DNA of 64,000 bases, taken from Phoronis australis (lineage: Eukaryota; Animalia; Phoronida). Position numbers and translations under genes: made by a program. This document shows, piece by piece, positions 51,593 to 64,000 of this stretch. The notes beneath the pieces were generated by a model. The model made no database searches, was not told the DNA's origin, and saw nothing but the letters and a program-made list of their open reading frames with translations. The stretch spans positions 124,001 through 188,000 of the forward strand of contig NMRA01000028.1 in assembly GCA_002633005.1 (NCBI GenBank), read 5' to 3'. Numbering within the stretch: the first letter of the stretch is position 1; every line of letters begins with the position of its first letter.

Positions 51593-54500
51593 ATTAATTG
51601 GACAACCATAGCAAGTGAATTTCCCAAAAATCACCAACTTTTTACTAGAGTCAGTGGTTCCTAACTTTATTTTTTACATTCAGTCATGCACAACTGGCTG
51701 GTCAACTTGACTGACCATATTTACTACATAACAGAGAATAAGAGAAAAATATGGAAAGTCAAAGTGGAAAAAATCCAAGACACATATTTTCTATTCAAAA
51801 ATCTCAGAAGGACCAATAAACAACTCAAGACCAAAATTTGTCACACCAGGATTTGTAATTTATCATGTCAAGACCATAATTTAACATGTCACGACAGAAA
51901 ATTTTCAAGTCAGGATACCGCATGACCATCAGTTGTGTCTCTGTAATACTCAGCTGTATTCAAGTCTAACATGTCCAAGTGTACATGGGCTTCTGTTGTA
52001 AAGCATGGGGAGAAAATTTAACCTCATTGCCATGGTAATGTGACTGCCATGGTAATATGACTGACATGGTAAAGTGACTGCCATTGGCAAGACATTGTTG
52101 AATTCTAAGCCCTTGTGTACCTAATATCAACGTTACCACTTTGAGAAGTACGGTAAATGCTTGTGGATGGTCACGTGGTTACCTAGCATGAAAATTTTCT
52201 GGAGTCATTTTCTGTCTTGACATGCTAAATTACGGTCTTGAAGTGTTAAATTTTCGGTCGAGACTTCATGGTCTTCAGTTGCTTTGTGGTCTTGTAGAGT
52301 GAAACTAATGTTTTTGAATGTTTTTTAATTCTTGCAGAAGAGAACATTCTGGTTTAGAGGTATTTATTTTTGGTTCTGCAGAGTAAAAATGTTTTGGTCT
52401 ATTTTTAAATCTTGCATAGAAAATATGTGTGCTGGAGTTCTTCCGCTTTGGAATTCCACAAAAAAGTTCTGTCCAGTGCTAATAAACATGGTTTATTTCT
52501 GCCCACCAGTGTTAAGTAGTTCAAAAATACGTCATCATGTGACGTTGTTCTTGATGTTTCCTGAGCAGTGATTGGATGCTGATTTACAAAAAGCCATCAG
52601 ATGTGAAAGGTACCGTGTACTGCACTATTTTGGAAGAAGCCCACAAAATTATGACAAACCTCACAGGGTACATTTTTAACCAAGAATGTAGTGTTTGTTT
52701 ATACGGTAAACTCACTAAAGAAGATATCCACCATTTCAAGGTTGGTTAAATGATGAGCAATGATCCGGATATATTGGTGAATTTTGATTTTATACTCCAG
52801 TTTCATTAATGACAGATCAAGGCCCGAGGGTACAAACTCTCATTATAGTTCAAACAAATGGAGATACAATCAACAGAGAATTATTGTTTTTTGGCAAGAA
52901 GTGTGATACCGAGTGCTTCCGAAAAAAGGCTTAAAGCACCACTGTGAAAAATAAAACAAATTTATTGTTCATTTTGCTCTATCACCATTTTAATGCAATA
53001 TGAAAAATGAGTGATTAACAAACATACAGAATGTCAATAACAAGAAGTGCTGTGGTGATGCACCATGGAACTCATTATGAAGCACCAAAGGGGTCTACAA
53101 CAAGTACAAACCTTTTTGCATGGTAAAATGAGATTATTCAACACGCAGAATATCACAGTACATTAGAGTCCTAACATTATGGACCTTAGTTGGCAGCTGC
53201 AGCATCATTGTAAAATTTTAGTAATAGAAATAAAAATAATGGTAATTTAATAATTTTTGACGTTCACCATACAACTCAGCAAAACTTCAAAATGGCAAAC
53301 CTTTAATTTAGCATTCAATATGGTTCAAATAATAAGTAAAATTACATATCATGTGATTTCTTAACAATGAAAAATTAGTGTAAAGAAATTTTAATCCGAA
53401 CATTGTTAAACGCTTTGCACTGTCATCAAAAAGTACGTGGTACAGTTTTGAATAGATGTTGTGACACAAAGTAAGAAGCAAAACTTGTTATTACAGCAGT
53501 AGTCACACTTCATTTGTACCATGGTGAGCAAATTCCAACAAACAGATATTAAATTAATGAAAGTATTAGACTATGTGACTGGAGCTGTTCCAAGAGGCAG
53601 AGCAATGGAAAATTTATTCAGAGGATCAAATGAGGTCCAGGATCAAGTTATTAACCTAGAGCTAGGTGTACAGCTGCCCTGCCTGTAAATGCTTTGTAGG
53701 AATCACTGTTTTATGTAACAACCATTCAGCCAAAGGACACTGTTTGCATTCAAGTGCATTTGTACCTGACAGCCAGCCAATGAAACTGCAGCATGTTGTT
53801 ACTGTAATGTATTGCATAATAAAACCAGGGGTAATGTCTATTGCCTGAAGGTCTATCCCAGACAGAATTTTGACATAGGTTATCTAACAAGATTTATGTA
53901 ACCTTCTAGGACTGATCAAGGTTCTTTAGCCCACTGGCCCATGGCAACTTTCTCATCCAGGTCAAAGGTCACAGAGTACCGCTTCTCCTGTTGACCACTT
54001 CAAACATCTTTTTACCACAGTCTGTAGGGTTTGGTTTAATTAGAAGGGTTTGTTTTTAACAGCCTACGTCCAACCTAAAGGGATCTGATGCCACTAGCAG
54101 TTAGACATGCATCCTGACTTACCAGGCTTGTGTTTGATTTACTAGTACAAAATTGAACATTACCAAGAAAACAAATGTTTGAAAATTTAATGATCAAAGA
54201 TTTGTTGACTGCTGACCTTTGCAAGTGGCTATCAAAATTATATGTGCATGGAACAAATATCAAAATCCTGACTTCAATCATGTTTCAAATGCATGAAATG
54301 TCCATCCCTCACCTTCAAGACAGTTTGTCATCCATGAAATGTCTAAGTCCCACTCCTTCAGCCAGGGCATAATAACTGTTGTGCAATGCCTTGATTAAGC
54401 TCAAAATTACAAACAAAACTCAGTGGATAGTAAACAGTTTTCAAGAAAAATACTAAGTACCCATAAGCAGATAAAGTTGTTGAACAGACAAGATAAGTGC

Positions 54501-54675
54501 AATATTCAAAAGTGCACAACTTAACCTAACAAAGGGGCAAAATACAAAATCCCTCAACTCTAGCCAATACTGTCTAACTATTATCTCAATGACCTTCACA
54601 CTTGAAAGTCCCTCATACAACACATAACTCTTCACAAACGCAAGTAAAATAGGCAGTATAACTGAGCAAACTTAC

Positions 54676-54754
54676 CATCCACTCTCATTTCTTCATCACT
54701 GTCTAATTTCTCTTTTTTGTTTAACGATAAGTCGACTGGTTCTGTTTGGACAGG
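54676..54754 (-). CDS. KLF12: KLF3/8/12-like exon carrying the CtBP-binding motif (PVQTEPVDLSLNKKEKLDSDEEMRVD)
   Basis: ttttcAG acceptor, G|GTAAGT donor, phase 0-1; QTEPVDLS matches the PxDLS repression motif of KLF3/8/12. Confidence 0.88.
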
Positions 54755-57432
54755 CTGAAAATAATAAATAATATTACCAGGTAATATAGAATTTAACTTA
54801 TGTCAAAAAACCAGGTTCGTTTTGGTCTGTTTTTATTTGTTCAAAAATTAAAACCCACCAGAGACGAGATAATGATCCAGGATTGATTCTTTTTACTTAC
54901 TGCAAGGCAAATCATGTGTTTCAAACCTTGCTTACCCTTGCTTATGTGCTTTTGTGCAGCTTTTAAAAACACACAAGGCTGAAATTGATGCGGGCAGACG
55001 TTTTTCATCTAGCTGGTGACCACAGGTCTAAAAATGAATCAGGGAAATGAGTAGAGTCAACTATGTGTTCTTGGCCAAACCGGTTGCAAACATTATATTA
55101 GAGATTAAAACAAGACGGTAGCACGAATTTAGGACATATCAAGGAGAGGTCCTAATTGAAGCCTCAGTTTTGAAATCAAATTCAAATAGACTGCAGTCAT
55201 TTTAAAAATGGAAGGAAATCTACTTTAAAGTCCCTGTAAAATGGCCAAATGACTTTTAAACATGTTAGATACATGTATTATTGGTCAACACAAGAGTGTC
55301 ATTTCTGTTTTTACTACTGACATTAACTAATTACCCTAATTACTATCATACAACCTCATCAGGAACCCCATTTAGTGCCGAAAGAAAACTTCATGTGGCA
55401 GTAGTACTAATCGACGCAAACAACTTGCACTAGAGCAACTTATCCCAGTTTTAAGAGGAGCGTCCATACACACATATCTGAAAACTAGGGTAAGATGGAA
55501 GTTGTCGCTCTGTGCGTGGCAATGAACGCCTAATGAGAGTACGGTACGCAAAAGAAAACCTGTCTGAAAGTGATAATTACTCCTTCCCTACCTCAGTTTT
55601 GGTGCCACACAGGAATTACAAGTGGCGCAAGTTACCCTAGAATAAGTTACCCCACCTTGAAAATGTGGAGTAAGTTGTCACAATAGGGTAAGTTGCACTA
55701 GTTTAAATAGTTTCCAGATAGCACTCAAACCTAGCGACAACTCCTTTCGGGGGTAACTTGTTCTAGGGTGAGTCATTGTGTGGATGACACTTTAGTCGGA
55801 CATGACCAGGGATTAGTCACCCTTAATCTACCATTAGTAAGAGAAAAAAGAGGATCAGTCCATCAGTACAGTCTAGGCATACAAACATGCAAGTTCTGGG
55901 GCCCCTTCTGCAACGCATGTGAAACCATTTGTGATCCGCAATTGAAACCTGGTGTGTTCACATGTTTTTACTAACAATGCATGAGTAGTGATGTCCGACT
56001 TGCAAGGATTTCACCCCCCTCCCCCTTAGGAAACTTGCTATACAGAAGACAGCAGTGGAATTCCTTTGATGCAGTTGGTTGGCAGCATAAGTTCATGTAT
56101 GTGTGTTACGTTAAACCACTTACTCCTGAGCAGTGAGACTTAGGTACATGCCTGCAACTCGGTGTAAGGTATCACCTATCATGAGAACACTGTAAGGACA
56201 CTTCTGGTATCAAATTTGAGACCAACAATGCCGCAGCAGCAACTGTGTTTTGTCCTCCATTTTCAAGATTAACTGTTTTTCATGTTTGTTTCACAGGTAC
56301 AGATGTACTACAAAAAGTCCATAATACTGGTGATAAGGTTGCACTAGGGTTGAAAGTTTTGACAGAAGACCTCATACATGGTCTTCATCAGTGATATGTC
56401 CTGTTGCAAACATACAATACAACAGGAAGGTATTGATGAACGCTTTAATAAACTATACATAAAATATACAAGCAAACACTTTGATTACAATTGAAACCAC
56501 CATCAGAACGGCTGCCAACAGACAGAATGATAGGCAATACTAGGACACTAGATATTCCATGTCTATACAGTGAATGAGACACATCTCCAATCAAAAGCAT
56601 TTACGTTGCTCAATAACTACAGTTCCAGCCATGTGTCTTACCATCAGGTCAACTAAACTACAGTTCCAACCATGTGTCTTACCAAACAGTTATTTGTGCA
56701 GTCCTCCCATAATCCCTCTCTTCCCCTTAAAGCAGAAAGCCTGTTTGACTTTTTAGACCAACCTGTTGTAACTGAGATCACGTGGCATAGTCTTCTTAGT
56801 AATATTTAGCAAAAAGAAAGGTACATTGATAGCTAAACAATGGTATCGATAACAGGAAAGAAATTCATTTGATAAGGATGTTCTAAATGAGCTAACTTAG
56901 TTTCCTAAATTATTTCGTCTTTTGTTTTATGCAACTTTTGAGGTTTTCATGAAAATCATCAAAGTGCCATTTTTGATAGTCCCTCACGCAAAAATGGAAC
57001 ATTTTAAAATACATTCATAACAACGCTTTGCAGAAAGTGCCAAAAGCACAGTGTCTGAAAGCTTCATAGGAATCAACCATGTCTGAGATAATGTTCTGAA
57101 GTTAGCCAAATTTGGTCATTTTTCTACGGTTCTACATGACCAGCACATGGAAGGAATTCTGAGATCTAAGGCAAAACATATGGATTGAAACTATAGATGT
57201 CCATAAAACCTGCAACATCCAAGCTGCTCTTAATTACCTCACTCGCAACATTTTTAGTGAACTGAGTTAGCAGCAGTTAATGTGCTATACAAGCAAATAT
57301 TTTCACTCACATTTCAGTTTCATGTGTGTGGCTACTCTGCTCACTTCACAATAATATGAAAATGTCCACAACTTGGCTTTCAGTTTTCAAGTTAGAGTAG
57401 CAGTACACTTTTCGATTCAATACTGCATTTTT

Positions 57433-57796
57433 AATTTTAATACTACACCATATGTTTCAAAACTATACCACTACATTTCAATATCACACCCGTATGTTTC
57501 ACTGCTACAGCACTTTGTTTCAATACTACACAGTTTAGTTTCAATACTGCACCACTACATTTCAATAGTACACCACTATGTTTGAATACTACACCAATAT
57601 GCTTCAATACAACACAAGTATATTTCAATATTACACCTGGACCACTATGTTTCAATATTATACCAGTATGTTCCAATGCTATACCACTTTGTTTCAATAC
57701 TACACCGATAAGTTTCATTACTAGGCGACTACATTTCAATATTACACCACTATGCTGCAAGACTTCACCAGTATGTGTTAATACCACACCAATATA
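57433..57796 (+). repeat. 21-bp minisatellite
   Basis: Unit approximately GTTTCAATACTACACCACTAT, about 17 degenerate copies. Confidence 0.9.
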
Positions 57797-58453
57797 TTTC
57801 CTATTCCTAGCATAACCAGCAGTAGGAACCTTCCTTTGAATTGATTTACAAAATATGTACTTAGTTATTGTTAATGTGCATGCTGCTTGATAATAGGCCA
57901 GAGTAGACAGTCCTTAATAAAAAGCTATGAGGAAATCAAGCTGCATAATCTAATCGATATTAACAAAGCCACCATTGACATGTCAGTGCCCACATAAGGG
58001 TTACAATAGGCAGCACAGCCAGAGGGGAACAAAGAATGAAAGCTCATGTCTTGAAATCAATAGTTGGACAGGTTGGCCATGTGGTTGCATCATGTTTGAA
58101 TGTTAAGAGTTGTATGGTCATATATTACCCCAGAGAGAGTGAGAAGCAAAGAGCATGCTTCAAAACACAGAATACAAATACGTGAAATCCACCAGGCAAA
58201 TGTAAACATTTCAAAACTTCTTCTCTGCCAAAACTTGACAAAGTTGACATTTATAGTTGGTTTGATCTTGGCAAAAATCTCAGCAAAATTATATGAGTTC
58301 AGGATCAGAAAGGAAGTGCTCCTCAAGTGAGGTATGAGCGACAAAATTCAGACAGCTGTAGGCCAAATTCCACATGAGCTGAGCTATCTTTATCAGGCAG
58401 TGAACTTGTTTGTCACTAACACAGAAATGGTGAGGTCAGGGGGCAGGAAGACC

Positions 58454-58605
58454 AGCCTCCCGTTCAGTAACGCTAGGACCTAGCTTAAAAGCAAGACTTT
58501 GCGAGATTACGCGAGATATTGCCATGTATTTTAAACAAGAGCATGTGACCTTGACTAGCTTTTGGCTAGGTCCTAGCGTAAGTCCTAGCGTCTACTGAAC
58601 GCAAG
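58454..58605. mobile_element. Short TIR element, copy 3 of 3
   Basis: Homologous to 7223-7374 and 18758-18894. Confidence 0.8.
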
Positions 58606-59403
58606 CCAGAGGAATACTACAGAAGGCAGCCACCACCTAACAGCAGGGTGTCCAAGATAAACATGACAGAAGTTGCAAATTAATAACAATTATGTTTAGT
58701 TCAGACAATCACAATTCCACCTCATTAGTGATGATTTCAGCAATTCCAAAAACTGAAAAACCATTGATGTGTTGTAATTTATTAAAAAGTTGAAACCCCA
58801 ATTTTGCAAAATAAAATTTCTATCTTCAAATCCTTTCTGTCTTTAACCACAGCGAATGATTGGTGCACCCAAGGACCACCGTACACCACTTCACTTACTT
58901 CTTTTATTCCCCATCACAAGGACAGTTTCAAAACCAAATGTCATTACTGGCTCACTTTCATTTTCATTCATAGAAAAGCTACAGTTAATTATTAATCCCT
59001 GCACTTATTGCTTACTGAGGTATTGTAACAATATAAAACAACATGCCTGTCAACTTGTACACTGTGCTCTCAGGTAATCACCTGTCAAATTTTTCCTAGC
59101 CCAGAAATCACACCCATTTTGACTAAGAAACAATTTGAGACAAAAATATAAGTGGAATAAATCAAAAGTTGTTTTATTGACAGAAGGCGGGTTAACACAT
59201 GATTTAACAACCTACCATGTGACCTATGACCTTGTTTTCCATTTAGCAAAACATAAATAACAGGTCAAAGACACTTTCGATAATGCAATCTCTTATTTTA
59301 ACTATCAAGGAATAATTTAACTTTAAATGAAAAAATAATTTTAAACTCTCAAGTTAAATTCATTTTTAAGTGAATTCTATAATTATCCTCATAATTCATT
59401 TAA

Positions 59404-60081
59404 GGTTATCTAGGACCTTAATACACGACCTCAACTCTTAAGAAAAACGTCGAAAAAACTATGCTTTGTCAACCATTAATAGTATACATTTTCTGAAAGG
59501 AAAAAGGTTGAGCAATTTAAAAGTTTGCTTCTTAAAACTATGTTTTTGTTATTGTCGCGTGACCATATTGTCAAATTTTTATGTACAAAAAGCTACATTC
59601 ATAGCAAAATAACCCCCCGATGATTTTACATGAACTTTTTTCAAATGAAAACTTTTAATTACGTTATGTCTCAAAAACGCTGTTAGGGTTTTGCTTTAAA
59701 ATCCCTGGATTTTGCATATCAAGCGTTATATGAAAAAATGCCTCATGTTTTGCAAGTAAATTTGGCATAAAACCCAAACTAAGTGAATAATCAAAAATTC
59801 CTAACAGTGTTTTTGAGACATAACGTAAACCTTTCATTTAAAAGTTCTAATAAAATCAGCTCGAGGTTATTTTGCTATGAATGTACATTTCTTGCACATG
59901 AAAACTGGACTTAAAAAACATGGTCATGTGACAATAATTAAGATGTAGTGGTAAGAAGCACAATTTAAGAATCCTAGATAAAAGTACATATTCAGAAAAT
60001 ATATACTTTTAATGGTTGACAAAGCATTTTTTTTTGATATTCGACTTAAGGTTGAAGTCGGGTTTTAAGGTCCAGATAACC
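59404..60081. mobile_element. Kolobok-like foldback element with TTAA TSD and ~290-bp arms
   Basis: TTAA flanks, GG..CC termini (GGTTATCT.GGACCTTAA); arms pair throughout, e.g. TACGTTATGTCTCAAAAAC / GTTTTTGAGACATAACGTA. Confidence 0.8.
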
Positions 60082-63000
60082 TTAAATTTTACAGCTGAGA
60101 AATAAAATAAAAAAACAAGAAACAAAAACATGAAATTTTGCTACATATTTCATCAAAAATGCAGCTCAGTTCCAGCAGTGGCATTCTTCATCTAACACAG
60201 TAATCCTCCTAAAATTCCTGAATGGAGTAAACAGATGTAACCCCAGTAATTCATACTGAAACCATGCCAGCTCTGACGATAACAGGAAATGCCAAGCCTG
60301 TGCACTATCAATATGGCTTTACCCCCACTGGCCTACAAGGAAATAAATTACCAGGACAAAAATGTCAATTAAATCTAATCTAGGTCTTGAAAATTCAACC
60401 TTTAAGTGAAGCTAGAAACTGTAACACATAACCCACAAACTTAAGATCCGCAGTGAACCTTTGTTGGTTCAGCCTGAAAGACCAAGGCCTACTAAGCCAC
60501 ACAGCACAATAGAGTAAGCACACAAAGAGCTCACATGATTCTCTAAGGACACCATTTCATATTTATAACTGAGGAGATTTTGATCAAATACAAAAGCTGA
60601 ACAAGTAGTGTACATACATAGTAATAGTTCCATCTGGGCCAAGATCGGCCGTGGTCGTGGTTGAGATGATGTCTGTGAATATAATCCATATGCACTGCAT
60701 ACTTCATGTCTGCAGTGTAACTTCAACTGTTGTCCAAATGATTACCAACAGTTGGCACTAACACAGGAGTTCTGTTCATGGACACACCTCTAATGCATAT
60801 ACAATATGTGAGCCAGTCCATTTGCCAATGGGGTTAACTGCATACACCACACCCAGTCACACCTAATTGGAACAGTCCATTATCACAGTCTGCTGGCTGT
60901 TGAAGTAGGACAAAAACTACACAGGAGATGTGTTTGTTCTTACCCAATGACAACAAAGGCTGTTCAGTGAATGCTTATGCTGAATGCTGATAAAAACTGG
61001 GTTGGTCATGGCTAAAAATAATCTTTCTATTTTTAAAACAGCGGTATAAAGTGAACATAAAACCAGTAGTTTTAAAACCAAATACTCTATCATCAATGCA
61101 TTAAATTAGTAGGACAGAGACAAGGAGGTCATGTGACCATCAAGTCTGCTAACTACATAGCCGCAAAAGAATGACTTTGATCAAGGTCGAGATAATTGTG
61201 GCTGACCCATGACAATTCAAAACTTTGCCACATACATTTTAATAGGCAATATCATCTCCGTTCATGATTGGAATGAAGAAGACCTTAATTGCTGTAATAA
61301 GAATCACGATAACTTCCCGAGGGAAATACATATCTTGAAAAGTCAAGTCCGTGAATCTTCCACACTGTGCATGTCCGCATTTCTGATGGTAATACTCAGA
61401 GGAATTTTGGTAAGAATAAAATTAGTTGACTTAAACATATTTTGCGACTATGTTCTGCTAGAGGTGTATTTGTTGTGTTTTTGATAATTGTTTAAGTGAG
61501 TTGGCGATTCCTTGTGTGATCAGTTCTACCAGTTATAATCTTCATGACAGTGATATTAAATGACCGGTTGAGACATGCTGTGATATAAAAAATTTAAATA
61601 ATGTTGACAATGTAGTAACTTGTCAAAACAAGGTAAATGGTGGTTTTAAATACTTATCTCTTCAGACACCCTTATCCTGGCTATCTCTCTCAATGAGATG
61701 AAATATACAAGAGGCCCTCCCTAACAATACAATTACAGAAACTCCCAATCTAATATAATTTTTTATTTAAATCTTAACAGGAATACCACGTAAATTAGAA
61801 TTAAGTAGTAATAAGATCCAGTGTGAGAGACCATAGTTTTAAAAACTAATCATCTCTATGGTATAAAAAGAGCCAGATTTTATCTCCAACATCAAAATTC
61901 AATTGTTCCGCTCTTCAAAACAAAAAATACACCCAAAATTAACAAATTTACAGAACATCTTGGAAATGTGCTCAGTTCTACTAATGTGTATTCAGAGATC
62001 GAATAACCACAAAGAAGCCAGTGGATGATGGACTACAGTTCCCAAGAGGACTAGTAGAAAAGACCCCATGTTATTCAGCAATGGCAGTCCAAAGAAATCT
62101 GACATAGGAATGTGGGAGCTGAGTGAGGAGAAAGCAAACAAATATAAAGAAGGGACAGTCCCTAGAGGAAACAGTGTGACACGTTGACACCTGTAACCCC
62201 GCCTCCTAAACAAAATTCTTTGGTAGAGAGAAGAAGGCTGGGTCATTAAAGTAGGACAATGATATATAAGGAGAGGGGTGGCAAGCGCACACCTTTCTTG
62301 TCTTTACCTGTCAATGTTAGGTGATACTTATCAAGACAGTGGTATCTTAGAGTCACATGACATAGTTTAAGGTGCAGCAATTGTTGGGCCACAGCTGATA
62401 ACAATAATCAGACGATTCCAGGTAACATGATGACTAATATCCAGTATGATCAGCCATCAATTTTATCAGGCTATTTTTTTATCAAGCACAAAAGCAGATT
62501 TTCATTAAATTCAAATGAGCCCAACCAGTTAAAATAAATAGTCAGCACTAACTGTCACAATCAAGTACATAAGTAAGCCAAGGCTTGCATTAGACAACAA
62601 CGAACACTGACTCTACCACAAGCACTTATGCGCAATGCGCATGTGAAATACATCTATATTTAAAAGTATGTACGATTATTAACTGGGAAAAGCATAATTA
62701 AAACGTATATTTGCTTCAGAGGCGTCGATCGTTCCAGCCAGGTAAAAGACCCCTAAGTGAACAAATATTTTGAACAATTCATTACTGTTTTTATAACTAC
62801 GCCCCTGGAGGAGTACGCTATGCCATGGCTGGGTCATCTTTTATATACTGTCAAAACTAGATTTCAATATGTAACCAGAGTTTGAGCCCCACAATATTGA
62901 GTACAATACCAGCACTAGAAAACTGAGTCAATATTTGACAGATATCTGCTCCTCTGATGTCACAAAAAACAGCATATTGCTACAGCCAACCCTGGGGGCA

Positions 63001-64000
63001 CCCAGGCCCTGTGTTCTGGGTTCAATAGATTCTCCAGTTTATGTGATCACTATGACCTGCTGCCTCGAGCAGGTTCCCTTGTTCTCTTTATTTTTTTCAA
63101 CAATGTGTTAACAATCTTTTGTTAGGTATTCAAATGCACAATTTTCAGGACTAGTGCAACTTATAGAGAATATGCAAACCTTTACAAAACATGAGGAAAT
63201 AATAATTCAGGCAGAATAATATGTGTTTCACCTCAGGCAAATTGCATGTAGCACAGAGATGACTAACAACTGTATACTCTTGCTGTATAGTTCAACGGCT
63301 TGTCGCCTACATCATGGCTAAAGAAAAAAATGATTCTGTAATCTCAATAAATAACTTAAAACATCTCGTAAATGAGGCCACATGGAAATGTCTGTCTGGT
63401 ATTGGAAACAAATTTTTAAGTCACATAAATAGGGCGAAGTCATCTGTTCATACCTGGAGAAACAGATGCCAAACATAGTGAACAACCTAATGCCAGCACT
63501 GGGTGACAATGTTACTCAAAACCAACTCAGAATCGAGCTTAAATTAGGATTCCCATGAATCAGTTTGAAGCATTTTACTAAAATTGCCAAATGACAGATC
63601 AGAGATGCAAGTTCATTAACAAATATAAACAAAATAAGAACTTGTGTATGGTAATTTATTGTTCCTTTGTATTTTCTAAAAACAATTGTTCATTTGTTGA
63701 CTTTGAAACCACGGAATTAATAAGGAAGAAAGAGCTGCAGCCGGAGGCAATGTAATTAACCAAAACAGTACTAGGGTGTCTTTGATCAATGAGGCAGATT
63801 TCGAGGTAGGCAAACCAGTCGAGTTCGCGGCCCAATCTCGGCCAGTGAGGGTGTCAGATTCTTTTCATGCCAGACAGGCTCATGACTAGCCACCAACGGG
63901 GTATAAAGGAATTTTTTCTGGCATAAAATGTGGGAAAACTTTACATGATAGAATCCAAAAATATTCCAGTTTCAGAGGAAACCAAAACCACCACTAAAGT

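Noticed and set aside
54895-54916. Possible KLF start exon (M-I-C-L-A|GTAAGT on -) in phase with the PVDLS exon
   Set aside because: Only 5 codons and no promoter evidence, so it cannot be told from chance; the true first exon may lie outside the window.
57443-57815. Heptad-repeat ORFs (GVVLKHS)
   Set aside because: They are translations of a 21-bp minisatellite with no supporting splice structure.

Overview
AT-rich, intron-rich animal DNA, apparently an invertebrate bilaterian draft assembly with N gaps. It holds three spliced genes whose exon phases I joined by hand. (1) The 3' part of a mastermind (MAML-like Notch co-activator) gene on +, exons 5773-5983 and 9063-11197; the N-terminal CSL/Notch-binding exon was not found and probably lies upstream of the window. 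(2) A complete KLHL8-like BTB-BACK-Kelch gene on +, 25779-33701/35984, probably driven from a CpG-rich region at about 15.2-16.5 kb. (3) A convergent KLF3/8/12-type Kruppel-like factor on -, exons from 54754 down to 42174, with a PVDLS CtBP motif; its first exon was not found. Introns and UTRs carry many non-autonomous DNA transposons with readable TIRs and TSDs. The most interesting observation is that the Kelch gene has two homologous, intact, same-phase alternative last exons (33566-33701 and 35876-35984) that would swap the strand and loop closing the beta-propeller. Also notable: a 9-bp-TSD element with a MITE nested inside its TIR, a 6-bp-TSD hAT-like MITE pair, a promoter-like island inside the mastermind intron, and a tRNA-like sequence enclosed in inverted repeats. 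No prokaryotic systems or CRISPR arrays are present. Gene identities come from recalled family motifs, not database searches.
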